Source: Malacoraja senta (Eukaryota). Taken from it: a stretch of DNA of 60,000 bases. The notes below the pieces were generated by a model. The model was not told where the DNA came from. It ran no database searches and worked only from the letters and a program-made list of their open reading frames with translations. The translations under genes were made by a program, and so were the position numbers. The stretch lies in contig CM075987.1 in the NCBI GenBank assembly GCA_038087875.1, positions 20,462,001-20,522,000 on the forward strand, given 5' to 3'. How positions within the stretch are numbered: position 1 is the stretch's first letter; each line of letters starts with the position of its first letter. Below, piece after piece: positions 11,945-24,601 of this stretch.

Positions 11945-12007
11945 GCGACACCAGATTTTCAGGAGACCAGGCCTCGTAACTATGTGCTGTCGGCCAGTGC
12001 ATCTGCG
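11945..12007 (+). CDS. SH3GLB2: Endophilin B2 coding exon, 63 nt
   Basis: cttgtag|GCG ACA CCA GAT TTT CAG...TCT GCG|gtaaga. Translates ATPDFQETRPRNYVLSASASA; PDFQETRPRNY is characteristic of B2 rather than B1. Confidence 0.95.
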
Positions 12008-12841
12008 GTAAGACATCGCTGGAGCCTCAAAAATCAACCTCCCAGCTGTTTTATAACTCTCTCTCTCTTTCTCTCCCATATTGTATGATATAAGGATTGG
12101 TGACCCTTTTTACTCAATTTTTAGCAAATTTTAAAACTGCAACCTTGATTTGTGTTTCTAACTCTGGAATGTAATCCTGGAGATTTTTTTACCCTCACCA
12201 ACCTTGGCCAAACAGCCTTACTTTGGCTGACTTTCAACGTATATAAACCTTGAAGAAAAAAATCAAGGCGAACAATTTAATAGCTTTTAAAGATATTTCT
12301 GTTGTGAGTTGCTCAGTCATGAATCCAGGAGCAACCTCCTGAAACTGAACATTTGATAGCGATTGCAGGCCTATCCTGGAGGTTTGACAACCACCAGCTT
12401 AAGTCAGGGCATTTCAGACCCACCAGCATCTACCTTGTGTGACAAATTTCCACACACATGTAGCAGAATTTTAGAGGATCTGGAATGCAGCACAATCTAG
12501 TTGTGCAGATAGGGGAGCACGTTTCAGCTTCCATTTGTATATGTTTAGTTCAGCTTCTAAATTCACTGCCCAGGCTGCTCTGTATTCATGGGAGTGTTAC
12601 CAAATCATGTACAGTCCTGATGGAAATATAGCAGTGATCCATTATCATCGTCTCACAGTGCAATTTCTCACCAGCACCACTGTGTATCATTGTGCAACAC
12701 CACCTTCTAAAGGTGTATTTCCCCGTCGGAAATGTTAGCAAGGGGTGCAGAGTCAATGTCGAGGATACAGAGGCCTGATTGCAAACCATGCTTCCCCCAC
12801 CTTTGTTGTGTCTGTGCTGCCAGTGACACAGGGCATATCTA

Positions 12842-15052
12842 GAGTCAGAGTGATACAGTGTGGAAACAGGCCCTTTGGCCCAACTTGGCCAACAATGTCC
12901 TCGTGACACTAGTCCGACTTGCCTGCGCTTGGTCCATATCCCTCCAAACCTGTCCTATCTATGCACCTGTTTAACTGTTTCTTAAATGATGGGATAGTCC
13001 CAGCCTCAACTACCTCCTCTGGCAGCTTGTTCCAAACACCCACCACCCTTTGTGTGAAAAAGTTACCCCTTGGATTCCTATTAAATCTTTTCCCCCTCTC
13101 CTTGAACCTATGTCCTCCGGTCCTCGATTCCCCTACTCTGGGCAAGAGACTCTGTGCATCTACCCGATCTATTCCTCTCATGATTTTGCACACCTCTATA
13201 AGATCACTCCTCATCCTCCTGTGCTCCATGGAATAGAGACCCAGCCTACTCAATCTCTCCCTATAGCTCGCACCCTCTAGTCCTGGCAACATCCTCGTAA
13301 ATCTTTTCTGAGCCCTTTCAAGCTTGACAATATGTTTCCAATAACATGGTGCCCAGAACTGAACACAATATTCTAGATGCAGTCTCAACAACGTCTTAAA
13401 AAAATTGCAACATGACCTCCCAACTTCTATACTCAATACTCTGACTGATAACGGCCAAAGTGCCACCTTATTTACCTGCAACTCGACCTTCAAGGAACCA
13501 TGCACCTGTACTCCTAGATCCCTCTGCTCTACAACACTACCCAGAGTCCTACCATTTACTGTGTAGGTCCTGCCCTTGTTCGACGTCCCAAAATGCAATG
13601 CCTCACACTTCTCTGTATTAAATTCCATCAGCCATTCCTCTGCCCACCTGGCCAATCGATCCAGATCCTGCTGCAATCGTTCACAACCATCTTCACTATC
13701 TGCAAAACCACTAACTTTTGTATCATCAGCAAACTTTCTAATCTTGCCCTGTAAGTTCTCATCCAAATCATTGATGTAGATGACAAACAGTAACGGGCCC
13801 AGCACCGAACCCTGAGGCACACCACTAGTCCCAGGCCTCCAGTCCGAGAAGCAACCTTCCTCCATCACCCTCTGCTTCCTTCCATGGAGCCAATTTGCTT
13901 TCCATTCAGCTATCTCTCCTTGGATCCCATGCGACCTAACTTTTCAGAGCAGCCTACCATGCGGAACCACACAACATCGACCTTTTTGGTCACATCTTCA
14001 AAAAAATCAATCTGATTTCTGAGACACGACCTCCCACGTACAAAACCGTGCTGACTATCCCTATTCAGCCCTTGTCCATCCAAATGCCTGTAAAACCAAT
14101 CCCTCAGAATACTCTCTAGAAACTTTCCAACTACAGATGTTAAGCTCAGCGGCCTATAGTTCCCAATATTTTCCCTGCAGCCCTTCTTGAAAAGAGGCAC
14201 AACATTTGCCACCCTCTAGTCTTCCGGCACCTCTCCTGTATTTAAGGACGACTCGTTAATTTCAACAACGGCTCCCGCAATTTCCTCTCTAGTTTCCTGC
14301 AACGTCCTCTGATATATATGATCAGGCCCTGGAGATTTGTCTACCTTCATACACGACAGTACCTTCAGTACTTCTTCGACGGTAACGCTGACTGCTCTCA
14401 AGACACTTCCATTGACTGCCCCAAGTTCCTCCTGTCTACTGTCTTTCTACTGTCTTTCTCGGTAAATACAAAGGAGAAATACTCATTGAGTACCTTGTCC
14501 ATCTCCTGTGGCTCCACACAGAGGTGACCGCTTTGATTCCTGAAAGGTCCCACTCTCTCTCTCTAGTTACCCTTTTCCCCCTTATGTATATAAAATATTT
14601 TGGGAATGTCCTTAATGCTACATGACATTGTTATCTCCTGGCCCCTTTTTGTCTTTGTAATGTCCTTTTTCAGTTTACTCCATAGTTCCCAAAACTCCTC
14701 CAGGGATGCACCTCATCCCAGCTGCCTATATATGTTCCATGCATCCTTCTTGTTTTTGACCAACGCCTCAATTTCCCTCGTTAGCTAAGCTTCCTTGCGT
14801 TTGCCTGCTTTGCCCTTCACTCCAACGGGGACGTACACATCCTGAGCTTTCGTCAGCACACTTTTAAAAAACATCCCACTTGGCCAATGTCCCTTTCCCC
14901 TTAAATAACCTGCTCCAGACAACATGAGTGAGACCATCTGTCATAGCCTCAAAGTTGGCCTTACCCCGGTTGAACATTTTAACACATGGACCCTCACCGT
15001 CCCTGTCCATAACTATCTTAAACCTAATCAAACTGTGGCCACTGGTCCCAAA
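12842..15052 (-). mobile_element. Large 5'-truncated CR1 LINE (ORF2 reverse transcriptase, disrupted)
   Basis: KSPGPDHIY, ANVVPLFKKG...NYRPLSLTS, GVPQGSVLGPLLFVIYINDL...KFADDTK and the CR1 C-terminus, split across several ORFs by stops and frameshifts. Confidence 0.95.
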
Positions 15053-18000
15053 GATGTAGATGTAAGTGTCTAGATCATCCAAGAAAGGCGGAATACCACC
15101 ATGTCAAAATGATGCTTAGCTGTCTCTGAGGCAGCTCTCCAAATCCAGGCAAGAGTGAGACGGGTTGACTGTGTTGTACAGGCCTTCCCTGTAGCATGGT
15201 GGTTTAATCCAACTGAGTGGCTTGCTGTGGCATTTTCAGTGAGGTTAACAGTCAGCCACATATCCCACAATGGGTGTCAGCTGATCCTGGCGATATGGCC
15301 ATTGGGATCTCTGCATTTCCCTTGTTCCCAATAGTTAATAGCGAGTCTGTTCTGATAAAAAGCATCACCAATCCAATACCATATTTATTACATACCCACT
15401 TCTGTCTTTGCTCTGTTTGGAATCCTATTTATCTACCTTGTGTGACAATTTTACACACAAATGTAGCAGAATTTTAGAAGCTCTGGAATGCAGCACAATT
15501 TTGGTGTGCAGGTTGACGGTGAATCTAACTTTCACTTTCCCACCTCTGTGGCATTAAAATCTTCATTTGCCACCTCCTATTCTGCGATGTGAATCCTGCT
15601 GCATTCTACTCAGTCACAATTTTCAATTCTATTTCCAACACTCAGATGGTATGTAATAAGTGACATTGATTGTCCCCTACAGCATTCACCCCCACTAACC
15701 TAGATTAATCTGCTACTAACCCCATAATCATTGAGGAAAGTTGGATTTGTCTTGAGTCTTGTCCAGTGTGTGTTATTGGTGGGAAAGCAGTCAGTGCACT
15801 TGCACAACAGAGGGAGAGACTTATCAACAAATTAGATCAATAGAATATTCACTGTGGTCCCTAGATCTCCTGCACTGGTATCACTATATCAGTTTCCATT
15901 TATATTCAGCCTTTAACACAGGAAAGGGTGCCCCACAAATGCAAAGACTTAGCCAAGGAAGGTTCTTGTAGGAGGTTGGGGTGGAAGATAGGAAGCTAAT
16001 GGAAGGAAATCCCAGGGCTTTGTGTATTGATGCCTCAAGACACAGTCGCCATGATGGGAGCATAGACCACAGGAGACCTGCGCTGCCTGAAGACCAAGAG
16101 CCGAGGGGCTGGAAGAGGTGACATGAAAGGGAAGGGCCACGACCTTGGAGGAATTGTAAAACCTAAAAGAGAATTTTTAATCTGAAGCATTAATTTTTAT
16201 ACGGGTTAATAGTTGTTTCTGTGCCACCTGAGAACCCTCAGCAATGCTGTAAGGTATGTGTGGTGTGGAGATGCTGAAAATCTGCACATGTGCCAAATCA
16301 TGCACATCCATAGACTTGGAAACCAGGAAGTTTTCTCTGTGAGGGGCAGTGTTTTATGTTGTTTGATTGCCTGACTCTGAAGTACCTTGGGATCTTTTCC
16401 TATGTTAAAGACACAATATTTATGCTGCTTATTGGCATTGTAGATCACACAGTCTTCCAGATATTTATGTCCCGTTTAACAGCACAGTTTTATTTGTGGA
16501 ATTGGTTCAATTAACTCAGGAAAATATAAGTTCATATTTAATCTTTGTAGTCACTTATTTTTACTTCCTGTTTTTCTTAAGACAAATTCAACTTGAAATT
16601 TAACTAAACCAATAACTGTATTTCATTGAAAGAAAAGAAAACATATTTTAGAACTTTACACAGATCTGCTCAAACCTGCCCACTGAATATACTCTAAATG
16701 TTGAGAAATGTCCAAGTTAGATTTTTTTTTTAAATTACGGTTTTAGAACATAGCCGAGAGTTTTGTGTCCCAGGTCCCTTCCCTGGTGCCGTGCTCTCTA
16801 TCTGGCTGGAGTTTTGTCCTGATGGTGAAGCCTGAGTGAAGATTCCTATATCACTGCTGGTTTGTAGCAGATTTTCTTTAACACTCACTAGCTGTGTGGG
16901 CTATTTCCATGTTGCTGATTTGACTAACTTCTGATCTGATTCTATCGAAAATCATTTTAGTTTTCTTCCTCCAGAGCTTTTGACTATTGAGGTCAGCTTT
17001 GCACAGACTTGCTTTATCCATTAGCCGAAATAATATTTCTATTGGCTGTGCCTAAAGATCATTAGGTCGGAATTTACTGAGATTTTAACCAAGTTCAAAT
17101 CAAGGTCTGATCTATGTGCTCCGCACTTTAAGGCAGAATATTTGATCAAGTCAAAAGAATCAGTGGAGGGAAGGGTTTGGGGCGAAACCAGGAACTGAGG
17201 CCATCTCTGGGTGAATGGCAGAAGGTCTGGGAGGTGGTTCCACCTGGATGTGGTTTGAGGGATGTTGCTGGGTGGGGGTGGTTGGGCAAACTTGGGTTTC
17301 CTAACCCTGGAATGAATGGACTGCGAGAGGATGCAGAGAGATTTTTACAGCACCTTTTGAGTTGGAATGTGTCACTTATGCCAAATTGGTAAAATGTAGA
17401 CATTGTGTTGAATTCTTCACCAAAAGGAAGTGCATTCTGGGCTGGAAATCCAACATTCAGTTAATTTTGTATGTGTTTGCGTTGCCCCAGCTTTTCCTCT
17501 CTTTTCCTGTCTTGTTGGCCGCACCCTGACTGACATGATATTAGACCTAGTTTGGGTAGGGTGGATATCAGACCATCAGAATTTATCATTACCCACCTGG
17601 GGTCATGTTTGGGATTCAAGATCAGACTGTAATTGTGCACTCCAGCCTTCCAGCTATTTTGAGTCACCCATCCGTATCCTCCAGAGTTGGTGCCTGACCC
17701 GCTGAGTTACTCCATCACTAACATCCACAGTTCCTTCAGATTCAGATTCAACTTTATTGTCATTGTGCAGTGTACAGTACAGAGACAACGAATCTGCCAA
17801 CTGTTTTACTCCACTGAGAGACGGAAAATTGGCAGTGAACTTCTGGTAAAGTTCATTGACCATGCATAGTTCTAATGGACTGGAGTCTGGAACATCCATA
17901 TTTTAGTCACGAAGTTCATGGAATCAAATGTGACAGGATTTTCAAGGGAATGTGGGAATAGGAGAAGATTAAAAACAAATTGAGAAGAGCAATCCTTCAA

Positions 18001-18071
18001 GAAAAATGAACTTTATTGAAGACCCAGTGTCTGTTATATTGTTTAAACCTGCCCTTGGCCTAGAATAATCT

Positions 18072-18299
18072 TGTAGGAAGGAACTGCAGATGCTGGTTTA
18101 AACTCTAGATAGACACAAAATGTTGGAGTAACTCAGCGGGACAAGCAGTAGCTCTGGATAGAAGGAATGGGTGAGGTTTCAGGTCGAGACCTTTCAGTCT
18201 GAAGAAGGGTCTCGATCCGAAACGTCACCCATTCCTTCTATCCAGAGATGCTGCCTGTCCCGCTGTGTTACTCCAGCATTTTGTGTCTATCTAGAGTTT
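18072..18299. mobile_element. Fold-back Penelope-derived short element with hammerhead motif (18197-18228, +)
   Basis: About 95-bp arms in inverted orientation; CTGAAGA-A-GGGT CTCG ATCC-GAAA-CG-TC. Possible 7-bp TSD ATAATCT at 18065-18071 and 18300-18306. Confidence 0.85.
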
Positions 18300-19776
18300 A
18301 TAATCTGATGTATCAGAGGATTAATTGTGATCCTTGTTACAAGATGAGCCATGATCACAATGAATGGCGGTGCTGGCTCGAAGGGCCAAATGGCCTCCTC
18401 CTGCACCTATTTTCTATGTTATTTTCTAAGATGTTTCAGATTGCGTAAAGCATGAACTGAATTCAATGCTAGGGCACTAGTTTGAAACTCATTCCATTGA
18501 ATGAAGCGGTGTGTTGCTTATCATCTCTATTTACTTGGATTCTTTCACGTTTACGGTTTAAATATGATTTCAAGCTTAAATATGAAATCAGATCATCAGT
18601 TTTCTAAGCTGCACAAATGAAATTAACAAAACCAGCGCCCAGCCTTATGAAAGAATTAAGTAAGATATCTCGGCATCGTAGACATGATAATGTGTTTTCA
18701 CAGTGACATATAGAATTGACTTATGAGTAATAATTTAAGTTGCTGTTCATAATCACGCAACAAGCAAACTTTGTCTTACACGTGAAATTAATTATATTCC
18801 CAGAAGGAATAAGCTAATAGGCCAGCATTGATAGATTGGAGAAATAACAGAACAAACATAACACTAAGTGTGAGACTTAAACATTAATAGTAATGCAGAC
18901 ATTGGTCTTACTGTCAATTAATTAATGCAGTAAACTCTGATTACCCAATGAGCAGAAATCAAAATAATTTGGCATCGGGTTGACTGGGGCACCATTCCTA
19001 TTCTATATTTAAACTCTTAAGAAGTGCGAGGTGATGTATTTTGGAAGTTGTGTAGGACAGATATCGTAAATGGTAGATCACTAATGAATGCTGATGAACA
19101 GAGGGATCTTGTGGTTTAAGTTCATAGTTCCCTGAAAGTGGCAACTCGGGTAGATAGGGTGGTGATGAAGGCATATGGTTTGCTTGCCGTTATCCAATTG
19201 CCAATGAAATTGAGCATCGATTTGTTGATCATTTCATCCTAATCTGTAAATTGCCACTTTTTGTACCACATTTACAAAACTATACATTACTCTCCTTAAA
19301 CTTCAGACCTTTTGGGATTTGCTGATCCTTGATTCAATTGCAGAGACTGTTGACTTAATTCATACTTCAATCTTTTCCTCACTCTTGTGTCCTTTTGGAA
19401 AAACCACCCTCTACCTAAAATGTAACCCAGCTTTTGGTTTGTTGATATCTGGATTTTCTTTATTTGTAAATTGCTGGCAAGTATAGTCCCATATGATGAC
19501 AACTCTGCTCTAGAGGTGTCCCTTACCAGGGTTCACTATTTTTTGCCTAATTATTCATTGCAAATTCTTAGCCAAGGTCTGTGGTCCATACCAAACCATC
19601 AAGAGTTAAGATCCTGTTGTCCACAGTACAAATATGTTTTCTGTTCTTCTGCATGTTTGTGTTTATGTTGTGTTATCATCATAGTCTGACCATAGCTTAC
19701 ATTGAACATCAGTAACAATGAGCTCCTTCTCGTGTCAAATACTCATCTCCTTTCTTGTTGCTGTGTGGATTTGCAG

Positions 19777-19800
19777 CTCTGGAGTGAGGAGGTGACGAAA
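19777..19800 (+). CDS. SH3GLB2: Endophilin B2 24-nt microexon (LWSEEVTK)
   Basis: ttgcag|CTC TGG AGT GAG GAG GTG ACG AAA|gtgagt. Phase 0/0. Corresponds to LWNDEVDK of human B2 as recalled. Confidence 0.9.
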
Positions 19801-20179
19801 GTGAGTATCCAAAACCCAGGGAGAAATATCATAGGCACTGGGAAAACTAGGCTACTGGTTACTTGGTGATTAATATTGGGGAATTTGTAAAGATTTATTA
19901 AAAAGGTGTTTTACAGGCAAGTGTCTCGGAATTGATCAGCATGTTTCAAAAACCTCCGACCAAAATGTGAACTTGCTGCATCTGTGATTCGATCTCCATC
20001 TGTTCCCACTTCCATTCTTGGGGTTGATTGTCGTTGGTTCAAACATTGGTGAGCACTATAAGATTGGCTCCTGTGGTATCAATAATCCCAATCCCTGGTA
20101 TAATACCTAATCTCAGGATTAATGGCCTATGTCAGGTGATGAAGAGAAGATTTTAGTCATAAGAGCGAAGGTTATGTTT

Positions 20180-20568
20180 TAGTTTAGACATACAGCATGG
20201 TAATAAAAAGCATGATCTGAAGAAGGGTCTCAACCCGAAACTTCATCCATTGTTGCCTGTCCCGTTGAGTTACTTCAGCTTTGTGTGTCTATCGTGGTAA
20301 TAGGCCCTTTGGCACACTGAGACCACACTGACCATTGATCACCCGTTCACACTAGTTCTACATTATCGCACTTTCACATCTAGGGACAATTTACAGAGCC
20401 CAATTAATCTGGAAACCTGCATGCCTTTGGGATGTGGGAGGTAATCAGAGCACCTGGAGGAAAACCACACTGGAGAAAGTGCAAACTCCACGCAGAGAGC
20501 ACACAGGGTCGGGATAGAATGTGAGCACTGTGAGGCAGCAGCTCTGCCAGCTGCACCACCGTGCTGCC
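20180..20568 (-). mobile_element. tRNA-derived SINE (V-SINE-like) with a nested Penelope-derived insert (20206-20294)
   Basis: Minus-strand head GGGCAGCACGGTGGTGCAGCTGG. The nested insert is flanked by TGGTAATA at 20198-20205 and 20295-20302. Confidence 0.75.
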
Positions 20569-22268
20569 CTATGTGATGTGAAGAAGAGTGATGACTGTTC
20601 CAATGTGGCCATTGATTTTGAGGCAGAGTTCTGATTTAATAACAGCGGTGGTGAGGGAATTCTGTGGAACGCTGCAACTCACTCTGACCTTCCCCAAAAG
20701 ATCCCGGTAAAAACGCCCCACAGCAAGGTACAGATCATTGATGATGGGGATTAAGGACATGCACCCATTTGTGCAGATCACCTTAAAACTGTACAGCAGC
20801 TCAAGAGCTCCCAATTCATCAATCTGTACTGTGAAGAAATGCAGAGAGGCCAGGGGACTGAGATGTCAAAAATAAGAAGTTTATATATTTTTGTAAGTGG
20901 AACATGATTCTCTAATGTGAAATTTATCGAGCACTGTAAAGCACCTTGCTCCCAATATTAACAAAAGCGGAGCAACACTGATTCTGTAGAACAATCAAAT
21001 GTGAGATGTCTACTGTTTCACATTTATCACATTTTGGATTCAAACGGTTTGTAACTTTTCACTGAAAAACAAGTAGATGGCACGAACTTGGAGATGGATC
21101 AACCCTCTCCGGCTGCCAGAGTGTTGAGCAGGTTGCTCTGTATTTGCCATGTGACCAATGCTCTGGTCTTTCCATGTCTATTGGGGTGGGAGGAGATCAA
21201 TGATGTTAAAGCTGCAATGTATAGAATACACTGAAGCAACCACTGATGTTATGCTTAGTAAAACATCATATCCTTTACATAGGAAATCAAATTATATTCT
21301 TTACACCAAAGGCATGAATTAATTCCATTTTCTAGTGTACTTTTGTTGCAGCTTTATCATCAGATGGAATCTGGCTTTTCCTGGGTATTTTTCAGGTCTA
21401 AAAAATGTAGCAACATTTTTAATAATTTAATTGATTAACCATGCATGGAATTAAGACTGCTCAAGGAAATAAAAGGTGTGTGTTAATACGTGGGTCTAAC
21501 AGTGATGATTCAGATACCTTTATTGCATCAAGCTGATCCGGTTTATCCTTACCGACTCTTGCAAAGTGACTGCCCACAGCTTGCTCCACCTTGTGTTGGA
21601 TTCTATTTTAATCTGACCCGTTTAACAAATTAATGGGATAGCTGGCTTTTGGCCCTGGTCTTTCATTTTCTAACATTTTATTGATGTTCTCGCTTGAATA
21701 TCTTTTCTGGTTTCCGGGGCGGCGGGATGCGATGATATTTATAAAGCACTGTTTTATATTAATGCTTTTATTTGTTCCTTTCACCGACCAAAAGAATAAT
21801 GATACTTGCAACCCAGTTTTGGCCCTTTGTGCTGAGAATGAGATCTGTCTCTTCAACCATCAAAAGAATTTCCCATTGATGATTCTCTTGCATGAAATAA
21901 ATTGTAGCTCACTTCAGCCAGACTTGGTTTGGTCAGTCAGCCAGACTGCAGTTGACTGCATTGTTTAATATTGGGAAACATTAGTGCCAGTACACATTGG
22001 ATGTGGTGGAGTTTAAACAGAGGTATGAACTACTGGAGATCATTGTTAATCTGTTGGAAATTGTTAATGAATGACATACAATTTCTCCCTCTTTTTATAA
22101 CCTTTTGGTTGTACATTTTAAGACAAGGATTTTTACATAGGGCCATTTAGTCACGAATATTTGTTTCTTTTAACAACTAGCCAGTGAATATAATATATTA
22201 ACTGTTCAGCAATCCGGGCTGGAAGCAAAACATTGGCTGCTCTAGAGATGTATGAACATTTATCATGT

Positions 22269-22618
22269 ATAGGAAGGAACTGCAGATGCTGGTTTAAACG
22301 GAAGATAGACACAAAAAGTTGGAGTAACTCAGCGGGACAGGCAGCATCTCTGGTGAGAAGGAATGGGTGACGTTTTTGGCCGAGACCCTTCTTCAGACTG
22401 GTTAAGGATAAGGGTAGTGAGAGATATAGGCGATGATGTAGAGAGATAAAGAACAATGCAATGAATGCATAAAAGTAACAATGATGAAGGAAGCAGGCCA
22501 TTGTTAGCTGTTTGTTTGGTGAAAACGAGAAGCTAGTGTGACATGGGTGGGAGAGGGATAGCGAGGCTTCTTCACTTCTTCCCACCTGTCCCGCTGAGTT
22601 ACTCCAGCTTTTTGTGTC
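22269..22618 (-). mobile_element. Penelope terminal-repeat insert with a short inverted end and 18-bp TSD
   Basis: TATGAACATT(T/C)ATCATGT at 22251-22268 and 22619-22636. A degenerate hammerhead motif lies on the minus strand at about 22365-22398. Confidence 0.85.
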
Positions 22619-23424
22619 TATGAACATTCATCATGTTTAATGCCAATGAGGTTTCTGCCTAGACAAAGCTATTCACCTGATCAGTTACCCACACCTAAAG
22701 CTGTCAGGCATCCCCCTCCCCCCCCCCCCCCACCATCATAACCGACCCTCATTGCTGATGGCCCCAGTGTCACTACCAAGAGCTCTACTTCCAAGGCTTG
22801 CCTGGGATCTTGTTCCTTACACAGTAGCTTTGTTCTTTAAGTTAATGCAGGGCATACTTGAGTCTTGCAGAAATGAGTGTGAGAAATCCAACCCCACTTT
22901 CAAATCTGCAATATTTTCAAAGAAAGGTGTGTGTTCTGTGTATCTACTGTGTTTAGCAGACCACACATATAAACACACGTTGAACACCGGGCAATATGTC
23001 TGTCATCCAATGTGAGGGGGTGGGACTTACAGCAGCCGGCCCTTTCACTCAGCGACCAAACTCCACAAGGTCATCTGTTTCCAGCCCTGATTTGTCCCGG
23101 CCTTTTCTCACCTCCAGTTCCCTTCTTTCCCCCTCCCCCCCCCTTCTATCTTTCATGTCTGAAGAAGGGTTTCAACCCATCTATTCCTTTTCTCCAGAGA
23201 TGCTGCCTGACCCGTTGAGTTATTCCAGCATTTTCTGTCTACACCACACACCATGTCACCAATCTCTATTCACTTTTTTTTTAGTATTTCCCAGTAAAAT
23301 AGTGAGTTACCAATTTAGTGTGTGAAATAGATACTATGTACTTGCAGGAGAGAGTGCTTCACACTGATGGTGAAACCAGCTCTCTTCTCCATTCTGGCTG
23401 GCCCCTAAGATGATGGTCAATTAA

Positions 23425-23651
23425 AAGGCCTGTCCCACTTTCACGACCTAATTCACGACCTCTGCCGAGTTTGCCCTTGACTCATACTCGCAGCATGGTC
23501 GTAGGAGATCGTAGGTAGGTCGTAGGTAGGTCGTGATGCTAGCCGTAGGTACTCGTGGCATCAAGTAGGTCGGGGCGTTTTTCTAGCATGATGAAAAATG
23601 TCCACAAGTAAAAAAGATCGTGAATTAGGTCGTGAAAGTGGGACAGGCCCT
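23425..23651. mobile_element. 227-bp MITE with about 34-bp terminal inverted repeats, flanked by TTAA (Kolobok-like; Harbinger not excluded)
   Basis: A(A/G)GGCCTGTCCCACTTTCACGACCTAATTCACGA at both ends in inverted orientation. TTAA at 23421-23424 and 23652-23655. Internal GTAGGTC repeats. Confidence 0.88.
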
Positions 23652-24601
23652 TTAAGGTGCAACTCTCCTTGGTCTCCAGACCATGAACTTTTTTGCCACG
23701 GCCACTGTGCTCTTTTCTTGTTCATTTCCACCTTTAAATTTGTGGCTTGCAATTCACTTTTTTCCATGTTGTTTATTTTTTTGGTCCCATTTTGTGTGTT
23801 TAAACCATTGCGAGGGATGGCTTCAAGATGATCCAATGCATGTGTGTCTGGATTGATAAACCACCTACTACAAAATCCGTGGGCTGACAGGCAATCTATA
23901 AGCTTATCACATTGAAGTATAATGTTAACATTTGTAAAAGAGATTTATAAGGCGAAGAGAATTGATCTTTTATTTGTATCTGCAATGAACCGATTAATGT
24001 AGTTACAGTTGCACCAAATTGGCCAACTTGAAGTCATAAACACTAACAAGCCCATTAGATGAGTGGTAGGAGTTCAGAGCCTGGAGAATAGAGGTTGTGC
24101 AAGAGCTGTCTATACCTCATTACGGAGTGGTTGGCCCAGCTCTGAGTTTTACCCTGCTCCAATTTTAGTGTGTTCGTGGTTCTTCTGGAAAGATCTGGCT
24201 CACAGTGAAATTGAGTAGTGTATATGCCTTTAACCATTTTACACCCAGGCACCACCTTTAATGCAATTTATGGATGAATTGAGGCAGCATCCGGTAGAAT
24301 GTCCATTGACAAAGATAGTCCAATCCAGCCAGCCTTCTCGATTGTCTTTGAGAAACTCAAACCTGTTGTGAGAACCGCCAAATCTTGATGTCCGAGTTGC
24401 TGATGATTCACTCATCGAAACACAGGCAGATGACTGCACAAAGAAAGCAATCTGGACAGATGTATAATGGTTGCTTTGGAAAATGTAAATCAACACTGGT
24501 TTGTATTGGTGGCCGTGTGAGTTGTTTGCAGATTGCCGTGTTAATGTGTAACTTTGTTCAGGTTTTGCCTTTCCCCCACCCACCCGCCTTTCCATTTGCA
24601 G

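Noticed and set aside
12909..13868. 319-aa RT ORF as a retron or other novel RT system
   Set aside because: Typical CR1 ORF2 motifs in a disrupted, 5'-truncated LINE within a vertebrate intron.
22151..22627. Recurrent peptides such as HPFLLSRDAACPAELLQ in many ORFs (also 50205-50756, 6332-6532, 56715-56903)
   Set aside because: Translations of the non-coding Penelope terminal repeat, not a protein family.
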